Positions 9,232 to 18,871 of a stretch of DNA of 64,000 bases are shown one piece after another. The position numbers were made by a program, and so were the translations under genes. Source of the stretch: an uncultured Candidatus Sumerlaeota bacterium (GTDB lineage: Bacteria; Sumerlaeota; Sumerlaeia; MVZB01); assembly GCA_964473105.1 (NCBI GenBank), contig CAYYNQ010000038.1:6806-70805 (forward strand). Direction: 5' to 3'. Below the pieces are notes generated by a model, which was not told the origin of the DNA, ran no database searches, and saw nothing but the letters and a program-made list of their open reading frames with translations. Position 1 is the first letter of the stretch, and each line of letters opens with the position of its first letter.

Positions 9232-10116
9232 CTACCTCTGGTAGAACCGTGCCGGATCCTTCAGCCGGTCCTGGACTTCCTTGACCGCCCTGCCGACGAT
9301 TAGGCCCACGGCCTCTTCACCAAATTCAGCACTGGCCTCACGGACCGGTCGACTCGAGTTCAGGACTCCCTGAAGCTTTTTTTCATCCGCCGGCAATTCA
9401 TTCAAATCCACCAACTCCGGGAATAGCGCCATCAGGAGACTTGTTTCCCAGAATCCCGCATGGTCCTCGATGTCCGGGTGAACATCCGTCACTAGTTCAT
9501 AATCGCTGAATGAAAAAGTCGCGGGGATAAACCGGCTCGGGTCACTCCGGCGACATTCCTGGTGGAAGACACGGCATGCCGCATCAGCACATCGCAGCAG
9601 CGGGTAATGACCGGCGACAAAGACGATGACCCTGAACCCGAGGCTGCGCGCCTGGTACAGGATGTGAAGAAGCAGGTCCCTGTAGGCTGCTGATTGTTCA
9701 CTGAATTTCCGCCCCATGTATCCGGTCGCAAAACCTGCGGGGTCCAGTCCCATGGTCTCACAGATCGCCGGCTGGTATTCATCGAAGAGCTCGATCAGTT
9801 CGCCTTCACGGTTCTCCCCGTAATACAGCGTCGGGAAAACCAGTCCGCCGCCCTCCCTTGTGCAGCGTTCGGCAAGCCCCTGTGCCTTGAGGCCGTCCAG
9901 GCCCAGGGGGTCATGCTTTTCGTGCCACTCAAGTGTGGCAATCGGGACATAGACTGCCGGACAAGCCTCCCGGGCAGTGCGGATCTGTGTGGGCCGCATG
10001 CGTTCATAATAGACTTCAGGCGTAGATGGATTGATTTCAGGTGTCACCGCCGGCCAGAACCTCCGACTGTAATTTGCTTGCCCGTGGTAATACCAAGAAA
10101 CCACCGGTTCCCTCAA
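9232..10116 (-). CDS. creatininase (creatinine amidohydrolase/MftE-like) family protein
   Basis: Motifs: VYVPIATLEWHEKHDPLGLD, VIVFVAGHYP, HAGFWETSLLMA. The annotated ORF starts at a TTG. An internal ATG at 9999 is an alternative start. Confidence 0.8.
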   Translation of the reverse strand: MREPVVSWYYHGQANYSRRFWPAVTPEINPSTPEVYYERMRPTQIRTAREACPAVYVPIATLEWHEKHDPLGLDGLKAQGLAERCTREGGGLVFPTLYYGENREGELIELFDEYQPAICETMGLDPAGFATGYMGRKFSEQSAAYRDLLLHILYQARSLGFRVIVFVAGHYPLLRCADAACRVFHQECRRSDPSRFIPATFSFSDYELVTDVHPDIEDHAGFWETSLLMALFPELVDLNELPADEKKLQGVLNSSRPVREASAEFGEEAVGLIVGRAVKEVQDRLKDPARFYQR

Positions 10117-10261
10117 GTGATATCCATTTGACTGGAACCGATGGGCGGGATCCCGGTTCCGGCATGTGGATATTTTTTCAGGTATGACAATTCCCTCGTT
10201 GTCATGCCCGAATCACATCTTGAAAATCCTCCCAACACCGGAGATGATGGGCCGAATGTAA

Positions 10262-11074
10262 ATGGGACGGGATAGGATTCGGTTTGCATCCGCAGGGATG
10301 GGGCGTCACATGGACGGATTGGAATTTTTTGACTGCAGCTGCGAGTTCGGGCCTTACCGCACGCATGTCTACCGCGCGGCCCGTACCGCTCCCGAGTTGC
10401 TCGACGACATGGACTTTGTGGGGATTGAACGGGCGCTGGTCTGGCATACGGCTTCGCGGTTTGATGCCCCGGGCATCGGCAACTGCCGCCTGCTCGAGGA
10501 AATCCAGGATCAGGATGGAAACCGTTACCCCCGGCTTGAACCGAGCTGGACGCTTCTGCCGAGCCACACGCGCGAGTTGCCGCCATTGCCTGAAATGCTG
10601 GTCCAGATGAGGGCAATGCGGGTCCGTTCGCTGCGCCTCTTCCAGAACGAGCACCGCTATTTCATGGACGAGATGACCTGGGGTGACCAGATGGCCGAAC
10701 TCGAGGCCAGGAAAATCCCGCTGTTCATCAGGGCACGGCTCGACGAGATCAGTCTTCTGCTGAAATCCTTTCCCAGCCTGACGGTGGTGACCGGCACCCA
10801 GGGTTTTAATCCGATGGATCGATATGCCTGGCCGCTGATAGAGCGATATCCCAACCTTCATTACGAGACTTCGAGTTATCTGGCAGACTCCATTCTTGAG
10901 GAATTTTGCAGGCACTGGCCGGTGTCTAGGCTGGTTTACGGTTCGGGTTACCCGGAGAACGCATACGGGGCCGCCCTGTTCAGGTTGATCCGTGCGGAGC
11001 TGGAGGATGATCAGCGGCGCATGATCGCCGCAGGCAACCTGGATCGGCTGCTCGGGGAGGCGGACTTATCATGA
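10262..11074 (+). CDS. amidohydrolase-2 (PF04909-like TIM-barrel hydrolase) paralogue with non-canonical N-terminal metal motif
   Basis: The call rests on adjacency and translational coupling to the downstream amidohydrolase-2 gene, comparable length, and FFDCSCEFG aligning by eye with its IIDLHGHIG. The protein ends with an ATGA overlap onto that gene. It has FFDCSCEFG where family members carry D-x-H-x-H. Alternative starts lie at 10298 and 10310. Confidence 0.65.
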   Translation: MGRDRIRFASAGMGRHMDGLEFFDCSCEFGPYRTHVYRAARTAPELLDDMDFVGIERALVWHTASRFDAPGIGNCRLLEEIQDQDGNRYPRLEPSWTLLPSHTRELPPLPEMLVQMRAMRVRSLRLFQNEHRYFMDEMTWGDQMAELEARKIPLFIRARLDEISLLLKSFPSLTVVTGTQGFNPMDRYAWPLIERYPNLHYETSSYLADSILEEFCRHWPVSRLVYGSGYPENAYGAALFRLIRAELEDDQRRMIAAGNLDRLLGEADLS

Positions 11075-11952
11075 ACCCATCACCCATTGTCCGCGAATAT
11101 CTCAAGAAGGGCTATTCCGAAACCTGTCCGATCATTGATCTTCACGGCCATATCGGCTGCTTCCATGGCGCTTACCTGCCCGCCGCCCTGTCGGTCGATC
11201 GCATGCTTCAGAGCATGGATCGCGCCGGCGTCAGGCTGTTGGTCTGTTCGCACCACACCGCGTTGGCGTATGATGTTGAACGCGGCAATGGACTGATGCA
11301 GGATGTGCTGCGGGAACATCCGACCCGTTTCCTGGGTTACTGGGTGATCAACCCGAACCACCCGGGCATCATCCGCAGGGACCTGGAGAATTACGACAGC
11401 CTTCAGGGATTTGTGGGCCTCAAGTTCTGGGCGGATTATCATCTCATACCGATCACCTCGGATAAATATGCAGCTGCGCTGGAGTTTGCGAATGAGCGGG
11501 AACTGTTGATGAAGGTCCACACGTTCGGCGGAAGCCCGTTCAATGCCCCGGAGATGCTCGGCGAAATAGCGGCTAAATATCCGCAGGCGAACTATCTCAT
11601 GGCGCACTGTGGTTACGGTGACTGGGAGACCTCGGTTGCGGTCGCGCGTGATCTGCCCAATGTCTACCTTGACCTGACAAGCGTTGTCCAGGCGCTTGAC
11701 TTTTCATTGATGCCGGGGGGCAGTTTCATGCCATCGGCGGGGTGCAGTTCGATCATGATCAACGGGCTGCTGGAATACATGGTCGAGACGGCGGGTTCGG
11801 AGAAGATCGTCTTCGGCAGCGACCTTCCGTGGTATAGCCAGGCCTACCATGCCGGCGCGATTCTCTTCGCCCGGATCAGTGACGAGGACCGGCACAACAT
11901 CCTGCATCGCAATGCCGAACGACTACTGGGTAGTCACCTGGACAGGATTTAG
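11071..11952 (+). CDS. amidohydrolase-2 family metal-dependent hydrolase
   Basis: 293 aa. IIDLHGHIG is the HxH metal motif. LMAHCGYGDW and IVFGSDLPW are typical of the family. Confidence 0.8.
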   Translation: MNPSPIVREYLKKGYSETCPIIDLHGHIGCFHGAYLPAALSVDRMLQSMDRAGVRLLVCSHHTALAYDVERGNGLMQDVLREHPTRFLGYWVINPNHPGIIRRDLENYDSLQGFVGLKFWADYHLIPITSDKYAAALEFANERELLMKVHTFGGSPFNAPEMLGEIAAKYPQANYLMAHCGYGDWETSVAVARDLPNVYLDLTSVVQALDFSLMPGGSFMPSAGCSSIMINGLLEYMVETAGSEKIVFGSDLPWYSQAYHAGAILFARISDEDRHNILHRNAERLLGSHLDRI

Positions 11953-12184
11953 CTGTGCTCGTTAGTCATGGCGACATGATGACGCATCATTCCGCATTCT
12001 TGACATTTGGATGGCTGCAGATTAGGTTGACCCCCGTAAGTATTCCGGCATATCCCGCTGAATTTTCAGCGTTTTGAGCCGACTGGGGGCGGGGGTGACC
12101 CAAACTAATGGCCATCGTCCGTCGGTAAGGCATGTGCGGGAATGTGTGGATACGGTTTTTTGTGGGGGAGGTTAGGCACTCAGG

Positions 12185-13693
12185 ATGAATTCTTCCAGTA
12201 AACTCCGGGACCCCGAAAAAAAATCCAGCGTGATCTATGTTTACCTGATCGCGATGATTGCGGCCGCGGGTGGATTTATCTGGGGTTATGATCTGGTGAT
12301 CATGTCCAGCGTTATTCTTTACCTGGAACCGCATTTTGACCTGAGTTCCACATGGGTTGGCTGGGCAATGACCAGTGCAACCTTTGGAATCTGGGTCGGG
12401 ATCCTGATGGGTGGTTACGTTTCGGACTGGATCGGGCGAAAGCGAACGCTGATCCTTGCCGCTGTTCTTTTTGCTGTTTCTGCTGTCTGGACAGCCATTC
12501 CCCGGACGTTTTTTGACTGGAATGTCTTTCGGATTGTGGGCGGGATCGGCGGCGGCCTGGCCATGATGGTTTCCCCAATGTATATCGCGGAAATCGCGCC
12601 TGCAGATCGCCGTGGTCAACTTGTGACCCTGAATCAACTGGCTATTGTGCTGGGTGCGTTTCTTTCCGCGGTTGTGGCATACCTGATCGCGGAAAACGTC
12701 AAAGCCACGGCAATCCTGGAAATCACCGGCCAGACCGCAGCCGCGCCGGGAACCAGCCTGACTGCTGAGGGAAACCTGCTTGTCGACGAGCATCTGAATG
12801 CCACGGCATGGCGCTGGATGCTTGGGTCTGAATGTATCCCGATCATCCCGTTTGTCATTGGTTTGTTGTTTGTGCCGCGTAGCCCGCGCTGGCTGGTCCA
12901 GCAGAATCGCGAGGACGAGGCGCGTCGGGTGCTGACCCGGATCGGCGGCCCTGAATATGCCGAGCGTGAGCTCGTGGATATCAGCGCCACTCCCCATAAG
13001 GAAAAAGGGCAATTAAGGGAGCTGTTCCAGCCCGGTATCCGCTGGGCCCTGCTGATTGCCGTCGGCCTGTCCATCTACCAGCAGCTGGGTGGCCAGAGTT
13101 CGATGACCCTTTATGCCCCCACCCTCTTTGAAGATGCGGGTGTCGGTTCCAAGGAAAAAGCCATCCTGTATACCGTGATCCTTCGAATCTGGAACACAGC
13201 CTGCACCATCCTTGCCCTGTTAATGGTGGACAAATTGGGCCGCAGGCCACTTCTGATATGGGGCCTGGCAGGCATGTCGCTCAGTCATTTCCTGTATGGG
13301 ATCGGTTTCCAGAACGATATGGATGCGAAGTTTTTGCTGGGGGTGCTGTTTCTTGGCGAGGCTGCCTATATCATGAGCATCGCGCCGATTGCCTGGCTGG
13401 TCATCTCTGAGATATTTCCGACCCGTCTGAGGGCGAAGGGGGTCATGGTTTCGGCCCTCTTTCTCCAGGTTTTCGCCTACCTCGTCAACTTCCTGTTTCC
13501 GATCGTGAAGGATTATTTCGAGGAAAGAAGTCTTCCGGGAGGACTGTTCTGGGCCTTTTCATTCATTTGTTTCACAGCCGTCCTGTTCTCATGGAAGTTT
13601 GTCTTTGAAACCAAGGGTAAGTCACTGGAGGAGATCACGGACATCCTCCGCCATGAGGACCGTGGCAGCAGGAGGGGGGAATCTCATCCATGA
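12185..13693 (+). CDS. MFS sugar porter family transporter (sugar/inositol:H+ symporter-like)
   Basis: 502 aa. Motifs: GRKRTL, PMYIAEIAPADRRGQLVTLNQL, PRSPRWL, ETKGKSLEEI. The TM5-TM6 loop is longer than usual. Confidence 0.9.
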   Translation: MNSSSKLRDPEKKSSVIYVYLIAMIAAAGGFIWGYDLVIMSSVILYLEPHFDLSSTWVGWAMTSATFGIWVGILMGGYVSDWIGRKRTLILAAVLFAVSAVWTAIPRTFFDWNVFRIVGGIGGGLAMMVSPMYIAEIAPADRRGQLVTLNQLAIVLGAFLSAVVAYLIAENVKATAILEITGQTAAAPGTSLTAEGNLLVDEHLNATAWRWMLGSECIPIIPFVIGLLFVPRSPRWLVQQNREDEARRVLTRIGGPEYAERELVDISATPHKEKGQLRELFQPGIRWALLIAVGLSIYQQLGGQSSMTLYAPTLFEDAGVGSKEKAILYTVILRIWNTACTILALLMVDKLGRRPLLIWGLAGMSLSHFLYGIGFQNDMDAKFLLGVLFLGEAAYIMSIAPIAWLVISEIFPTRLRAKGVMVSALFLQVFAYLVNFLFPIVKDYFEERSLPGGLFWAFSFICFTAVLFSWKFVFETKGKSLEEITDILRHEDRGSRRGESHP

Positions 13694-14424
13694 AAAAAAA
13701 TCACGATGCGACTGCGCTTAAACAGGAAATCGAGGAATATGGATACCTTGTCGTGCGTGACCTGATCCCACCCGAACAGGCCCGCACCGTCAGCGAACGC
13801 CTCAAGGCGATCATGTCCGGTCAACCCAATGCAGATCAGCCCGAAGTTCACATCCGTGCGCTCATGAATCACTGTGATTCCGCCGATGATGGAATGTTTC
13901 TCCCACTGATCGCGCATCCGTTGATCCTGGAATTGTCCGGACTGTTGATGGGACGCGATTACCAGTTGGCCGAGGTCGGCGCACGCTGGCGTCGTGGTAA
14001 TTCCCCGTCGTTGCCCCTGCATGTCGGGGCGCCGCTGGATCATTTCACGGGTTCCAGCCTGCCCATTCCGGCTGCTTTCTTTGTTCTGACCTTCTCTTGG
14101 ATCCTCGATGATATGAACGCGGACAATGGCGAACGTCTCTTCATGCCGTTCAGTCATCACTCGCAGGATGTCCCTCGGGATGGGTTTGATTACCATTCAC
14201 TGGCAACTATCCATGCAGGTGCCGGTTCACTGGTTCTCTTCAACAGTGCCTGTTGGCATGTGATTGCGGAAAACAAGCCTGTGTGTGAGGAACGTGTCGA
14301 ACTGGCCAGTGCGTATCATGCGGCCTGGCTGGACCCGCACGCTGTCGGCTGGCAGTTGATGTCCCCCGATGTTCTGGAACGCATGCCTGAGTCGGTCAGG
14401 AAAATGCATAGTTCCGCCCATTGA
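13690..14424 (+). CDS. phytanoyl-CoA dioxygenase (PhyH) family protein
   Basis: 244 aa. IEEYGYLVVRDLI at the N-terminus and LVLFNSACWH near the C-terminus fit the family. The gene starts in an ATGA overlap with the MFS stop codon. Confidence 0.75.
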   Translation: MKKNHDATALKQEIEEYGYLVVRDLIPPEQARTVSERLKAIMSGQPNADQPEVHIRALMNHCDSADDGMFLPLIAHPLILELSGLLMGRDYQLAEVGARWRRGNSPSLPLHVGAPLDHFTGSSLPIPAAFFVLTFSWILDDMNADNGERLFMPFSHHSQDVPRDGFDYHSLATIHAGAGSLVLFNSACWHVIAENKPVCEERVELASAYHAAWLDPHAVGWQLMSPDVLERMPESVRKMHSSAH

Positions 14425-14559
14425 GTTCTTAACTCGTAATCGCAATCGTGCCCACAATCGACCCCGCTTCTCGCCTTGTTCCCTTGTCTCCCAAGACCCC
14501 TCTCCACCCATCCTTGCCCGGGGTTCATCGCCGAATGTAGCCTGACTTCCCGAAAAGTG

Positions 14560-14588
14560 TTGGAATTCATGTTATTTTTACCTATCTT
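14560..14588 (+). promoter_or_regulatory. putative sigma-70-like promoter for the CoA-transferase..iolD operon
   Basis: TTGGAA (14560-14565), a 17-nt spacer and TATCTT (14583-14588) sit in the only AT-rich stretch of the 222-nt intergenic gap, about 58 nt upstream of ATG 14647. This is a consensus match only, and the promoter rules for this lineage are unknown to me. Confidence 0.2.
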
Positions 14589-14646
14589 GTTTGTTTTCAT
14601 GTTTAGGAGACTGGTTTCCTGACCGGGAAATTGGGGAAAGATCAAG

Positions 14647-15342
14647 ATGAGCAAGCTGGTTGAAAATGCCCAAGAGGCAATTGCAGACATTGAGGATGGG
14701 GCCGTTCTGGCCCTTGGCGGATTTGGCCTTTGCGGTATCCCGGAGCACACAATTCTTGCCCTGCGCGACAAGGGCGGCAAGGACCTGACATGCATTTCAA
14801 ATAACGCCGGTGTCGATGGTTTTGGCATCGGGCTTCTGCTGGAGAAACGACAGGTCAAAAAAATGATCGCCAGTTATGTCGGTGAAAACGAGCTGTTCGA
14901 GCAGTTGATGCTCTCGGGTGAAATGGAGGTTGAACTGACACCCCAGGGTACCTTGGCAGAAAAACTGCGCGCGGGTGGCGCAGGAATTCCGGCATTCTAC
15001 ACGCCAACGGGGGTGGGCACGCTGATCGCCGATGGGAAGGAGATCCGCCAGTTCAACGGGCGGGATTTCGTGCTGGAGGAATCGTTCTCGGCGGATTTTG
15101 GGATCGTCAAGGCCTGGAAGGGGGATGAACTGGGCAACCTCGTCTATCGTGGCACGGCACAGAACTTCAATCCCCACTGCGCAGCAGCGGGAAAAATCAC
15201 GATCGCCGAGGTCGAGGAACTGGTTCCCGTCGGCACATTCGCTCCCGATCATATCCACACTCCCGGCGTTTATGTACAGAGGATCTTCGGGGGTGACAAT
15301 TTTGAGAAACGCATCGAACGCAGGACAACGCGTGAAGGATGA
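14647..15342 (+). CDS. 3-oxoacid CoA-transferase, subunit A
   Basis: 231 aa. IEDGAVLALGGFGLCGIPE and SYVGEN are typical of the ScoA/AtoD/PcaI family. Confidence 0.9.
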   Translation: MSKLVENAQEAIADIEDGAVLALGGFGLCGIPEHTILALRDKGGKDLTCISNNAGVDGFGIGLLLEKRQVKKMIASYVGENELFEQLMLSGEMEVELTPQGTLAEKLRAGGAGIPAFYTPTGVGTLIADGKEIRQFNGRDFVLEESFSADFGIVKAWKGDELGNLVYRGTAQNFNPHCAAAGKITIAEVEELVPVGTFAPDHIHTPGVYVQRIFGGDNFEKRIERRTTREG

Positions 15343-15379
15343 TCATAAGATTAATCAATAAAGGGGAGCGGAACCCAGC

Positions 15380-16042
15380 ATGGCTTTGACACGTGAACAG
15401 ATTGCCCAGCGGATTGCACAGGAACTACGCGATGGCTATTATGTGAACCTGGGCATCGGGATACCGACACTAGTGGCCAACTATATCCCTCAGGGCATGA
15501 CCGTCACGCTGCAAAGCGAGAACGGCCTGTTGGGTATCGGGCCTTACCCGGTCGACCAAGAGGTTGACGCGGACGTCATCAATGCCGGGAAGGAAACCGT
15601 GACGGCCCAGCCGGGTGCATCGTTCTTTTCCAGTGCCGATTCATTCGCGATGATCCGTGGTGGCCATGTTGATCTCAGCGTGCTTGGCGCGATGGAGGTT
15701 GATGAAAAAGGGAATATTGCCAACTGGATGATTCCGGGAAAACTCGTCAAGGGGATGGGCGGTGCCATGGACCTGGTTGCAGGCGCCCGGAATTTCGTCG
15801 TCGCGATGCAGCATGTTTCCAAGAAGGGGCAGAGCAAGATCCTCAAGGATTGCACGCTTCCCCTGACCGGTGTCGGTGTCGTGAGGAAGGTCGTGACGGA
15901 ACTGGCTGTCTTGGAGGTTACGGGGGAATCCGTGGTCCTACTCGAACGCGCGCCCGGGGTTTCCATTCAGGCGGTCCAAGACGCAACCGAGGCAACGCTG
16001 GTGGCCGGGGATGATGTGCCCGAAATGAAGTTGGCGGGTTGA
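15380..16042 (+). CDS. 3-oxoacid CoA-transferase, subunit B
   Basis: 220 aa. [12 protein letters not shown] contains the catalytic-Glu SENG motif, and GMGGAMDLV is also typical. Confidence 0.9.
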   Translation: MALTREQIAQRIAQELRDGYYVNLGIGIPTLVANYIPQGMTVTLQSENGLLGIGPYPVDQEVDADVINAGKETVTAQPGASFFSSADSFAMIRGGHVDLSVLGAMEVDEKGNIANWMIPGKLVKGMGGAMDLVAGARNFVVAMQHVSKKGQSKILKDCTLPLTGVGVVRKVVTELAVLEVTGESVVLLERAPGVSIQAVQDATEATLVAGDDVPEMKLAG

Positions 16043-16072
16043 TGAACAAGGATTGAAGTCAAGGAACGGATT

Positions 16073-17257
16073 ATGGGTAACACGAGGGAAATTGTGATTG
16101 TCGGTGCGGCACGGACGGCACAGGGAAGTTTTCAGGGTTCGCTGGCCGGGGTGCCCGCACCCCAACTGGGCGCGACTGCTATTCGTGGCGCTGTCAGCCG
16201 TGCCGGTATCGATGCCGGGGATGTGGATGAGGTGATCATGGGCAATGTGCTTGCTGCGGGCATGGGCCAGGCCCCGGCGCGTCAGGCCGCGATCGGTGCC
16301 GGGATCCCCGATACAAAGCACGCCATGACCGTCAACAAGGTCTGCGGCAGCGGGATGATGTCCATCATCCTGGGTGCCCGGTCCATTCTGCTTGGTGAAA
16401 GCGAGGTCGTGGTCGCAGGCGGCATGGAGAACATGAGCCAAGTGCCCTATATCCTTCCGCGTGCACGTGAGGGTTACCGTCTGGGACACCAGCAGGCTCT
16501 TGACCTGATGGTTCACGACGGATTGTGGGATCCCTACCACGACCAGCACATGGGCCTATGTGCGGAGGAATGTGCGAAGAGGCACGATCTGTCTCGCGAA
16601 GATCAGGACGCCTATGCCATCGAGAGCTTCAAGCGTGCGCAGGCCGCACAGGCATCGGGCAAGTTTGCCCCCGAGATTGAACCCGTTGAGATCAAGGGAC
16701 GCAGGGGAGGGGTGACGGTTGTTGATCAGGATGAGGGTCCGGGCAAGGCGAATTTTGAGAAGATGCCCAAGCTTCGTCCGGTATTTGACAAGGAGGGCAC
16801 AATTACGCCGGCCAATGCCTCGACGATCAATGACGGGGCGGCGGCTTTGGTCCTGATGAGTGCTGAAAAGGCCGGGCAGCATGGCTGCAAACCCCTGGCA
16901 CGGATTGTGTCCTGGGGACTGCATTCGCATGAACCCGTCTGGTTCACGACCGCACCCATCCAAGCCGTCCGCAACGCGTCGGAACGTGCGGGCTGGAGCC
17001 TTGCCGATGTGGAACTGTTCGAGATCAACGAGGCGTTTGCCGCCGTGTCGATGGCTGCACAGAAGGAACTGGAGATTCCCCCGGAACGGTTGAACATCTG
17101 GGGCGGCGCGATTGCCCTGGGTCATCCCATTGGGGCATCCGGCGCCCGTATAGTCGTGACACTCCTTTCCCAGCTTGCCGATCGTGGGCAGGGAAAAGGG
17201 ATCGCCGGGCTTTGCATTGGCGGGGGTGAAGGGTCGGCTGTTTGCCTGGAAAGGTAG
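16073..17257 (+). CDS. acetyl-CoA C-acetyltransferase / 3-oxoacyl-CoA thiolase
   Basis: 394 aa. VNKVCGSGM carries the nucleophilic Cys. NEAFA, GHPIGASGARI and CIGGGEG are also present. Confidence 0.9.
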   Translation: MGNTREIVIVGAARTAQGSFQGSLAGVPAPQLGATAIRGAVSRAGIDAGDVDEVIMGNVLAAGMGQAPARQAAIGAGIPDTKHAMTVNKVCGSGMMSIILGARSILLGESEVVVAGGMENMSQVPYILPRAREGYRLGHQQALDLMVHDGLWDPYHDQHMGLCAEECAKRHDLSREDQDAYAIESFKRAQAAQASGKFAPEIEPVEIKGRRGGVTVVDQDEGPGKANFEKMPKLRPVFDKEGTITPANASTINDGAAALVLMSAEKAGQHGCKPLARIVSWGLHSHEPVWFTTAPIQAVRNASERAGWSLADVELFEINEAFAAVSMAAQKELEIPPERLNIWGGAIALGHPIGASGARIVVTLLSQLADRGQGKGIAGLCIGGGEGSAVCLER

Positions 17258-17331
17258 ACGGTTCTTTTTGTCGATCACCGCGTCGTTGATAACGATCAAC
17301 TATTGAACCAGCCGGAAGAGGAAAACCGCCC

Positions 17332-18750
17332 ATGGAGATGTACATTGCCGGAAGTTGGACCGGTTCGACGGAGACAATCCCCGTCATCTCGCCCTACAGC
17401 GGTGAGACGTTCGACGAGGTTCCCGCCGCATCCGCGGATCAGGTCGAGAAGGTGATTGCCGCCGCGGTCGACGGGGCTGCCGCGATGCGCGCACTGACGG
17501 CGCATGATCGCTGTGCCATCCTCACCCGTGCCGCCGACTTGATTGCCGGCCAGGTTGATGACTTGGCAAGGACCGTGACGATGGAGATGGGGAAACCTCT
17601 CCCGGAAGCAACGGGAGAGGTTTCAAGGCTGGCCGACCTGTTTCGCCTGTGTGCGTTTGAGGGATCACAGATTCGCGGCGAAACCTTGCCGATAGATGCC
17701 CAGGCGGGGGCGGCGGGGAAACTGGGATTCACCTGGCGCGAACCCTGTGGGGTCGTGCTTGCCATTACACCCTTCAACTTCCCCATGCTGCTGGCCCTTC
17801 ACAAAATCGGACCGGCCCTTGCCGCCGGAAACTCCGTGATTTTCAAGCCGGCCAGTGCCACGTCGGTCTCATCGCTCAAATTGACGAGGATCCTGCTCGA
17901 GGCCGGTCTGCCTGAAAATGGGCTGCAATGTGTTACCGGTTCGGGTTCGTCCGTGGGCATGCGCCTATGCTCGGACAAGCGCATCCGCAAGATATCCTTC
18001 ACCGGCAGCACCGATGTCGGTGAGGCCATCACCAAGGCCGCGGGGGTCAAGAAGCTCTCACTTGAACTGGGTTCGAATGCTCCCGTGGTGATCCTGCCCG
18101 ACGCCGATCTCGACCAGGTTGCCGATGCCACGGCGATCGGGGGCTATATCAATGCTGGGCAGGTATGCATTTCGACCCAGCGCGTGATTGCCAGCCATGA
18201 GGTTTATTCCGACCTGCTTGATGCCCTGAAGTCCAGGGTCGAGGCCCTCAAGACGGGTGATCCGTTGCAGGAGGGGACCAAGGTCAGCGCCATGGTGACG
18301 GAAAAGGAGGCCATGCGTGTTGAGAAGTGGATCAACGAGGCGTGTAGCAATGGTGCCCGCCTGGTCACGGGCGGCGGTCGCGACAAGGCCGTCTATGAGC
18401 CAACCATTGTGGCTGATGTCAAACCCTCCATGAAGATTTCATGCATGGAGCTGTTCGGTCCTGCCGTGGCTGTGACGCCGGTTGACGACATTGATCAGGC
18501 AATCTCGGTCGTGAATGATTCCAGCTATGGGCTGGGTGCGGGGATCTTCACGCGTGATATCAACAATGCGATGCGCTTTGCCCGTGAGGCGGAATCGGGT
18601 AATGTCATGATCAACTGGACCCCGCTTTTTCGGGCTGACTTTATGCCCTACGGCGGTTGCAAGCAGAGCGGATTCGGCAAGGAAGGGCCCCGTTACGCCA
18701 TCGATGAGATGACCGAGATCAAGACAGTCGTGATGCACGGCATGGGATGA
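17332..18750 (+). CDS. NAD(P)-dependent aldehyde dehydrogenase
   Basis: 472 aa. Motifs: ITPFNFP, FTGSTDVG, LELGSNAP (catalytic Glu) and NAGQVCIS (catalytic Cys). Confidence 0.9.
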   Translation: MEMYIAGSWTGSTETIPVISPYSGETFDEVPAASADQVEKVIAAAVDGAAAMRALTAHDRCAILTRAADLIAGQVDDLARTVTMEMGKPLPEATGEVSRLADLFRLCAFEGSQIRGETLPIDAQAGAAGKLGFTWREPCGVVLAITPFNFPMLLALHKIGPALAAGNSVIFKPASATSVSSLKLTRILLEAGLPENGLQCVTGSGSSVGMRLCSDKRIRKISFTGSTDVGEAITKAAGVKKLSLELGSNAPVVILPDADLDQVADATAIGGYINAGQVCISTQRVIASHEVYSDLLDALKSRVEALKTGDPLQEGTKVSAMVTEKEAMRVEKWINEACSNGARLVTGGGRDKAVYEPTIVADVKPSMKISCMELFGPAVAVTPVDDIDQAISVVNDSSYGLGAGIFTRDINNAMRFAREAESGNVMINWTPLFRADFMPYGGCKQSGFGKEGPRYAIDEMTEIKTVVMHGMG

Positions 18751-18871
18751 CCGCCCGGTCCCTCCTTGCTGAATTAATCAAGCGGGGATTGAAGCGACCG
18801 AAAGTCCTGAACGGGACGGGAAAATTTCCTGATTCAAGAGGATCCAAAACTCATAGAGGGGGAGTGGTGTC

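Noticed and set aside
14227-14511. A 94-aa purine-rich minus-strand ORF (MGGEGSWETREQGEKRGRLW...) covering the polypyrimidine tract.
   Set aside because: It is a low-complexity translation of a compositionally biased intergenic tract. It overlaps the 3' end of the PhyH gene on the other strand and has no SD sequence.
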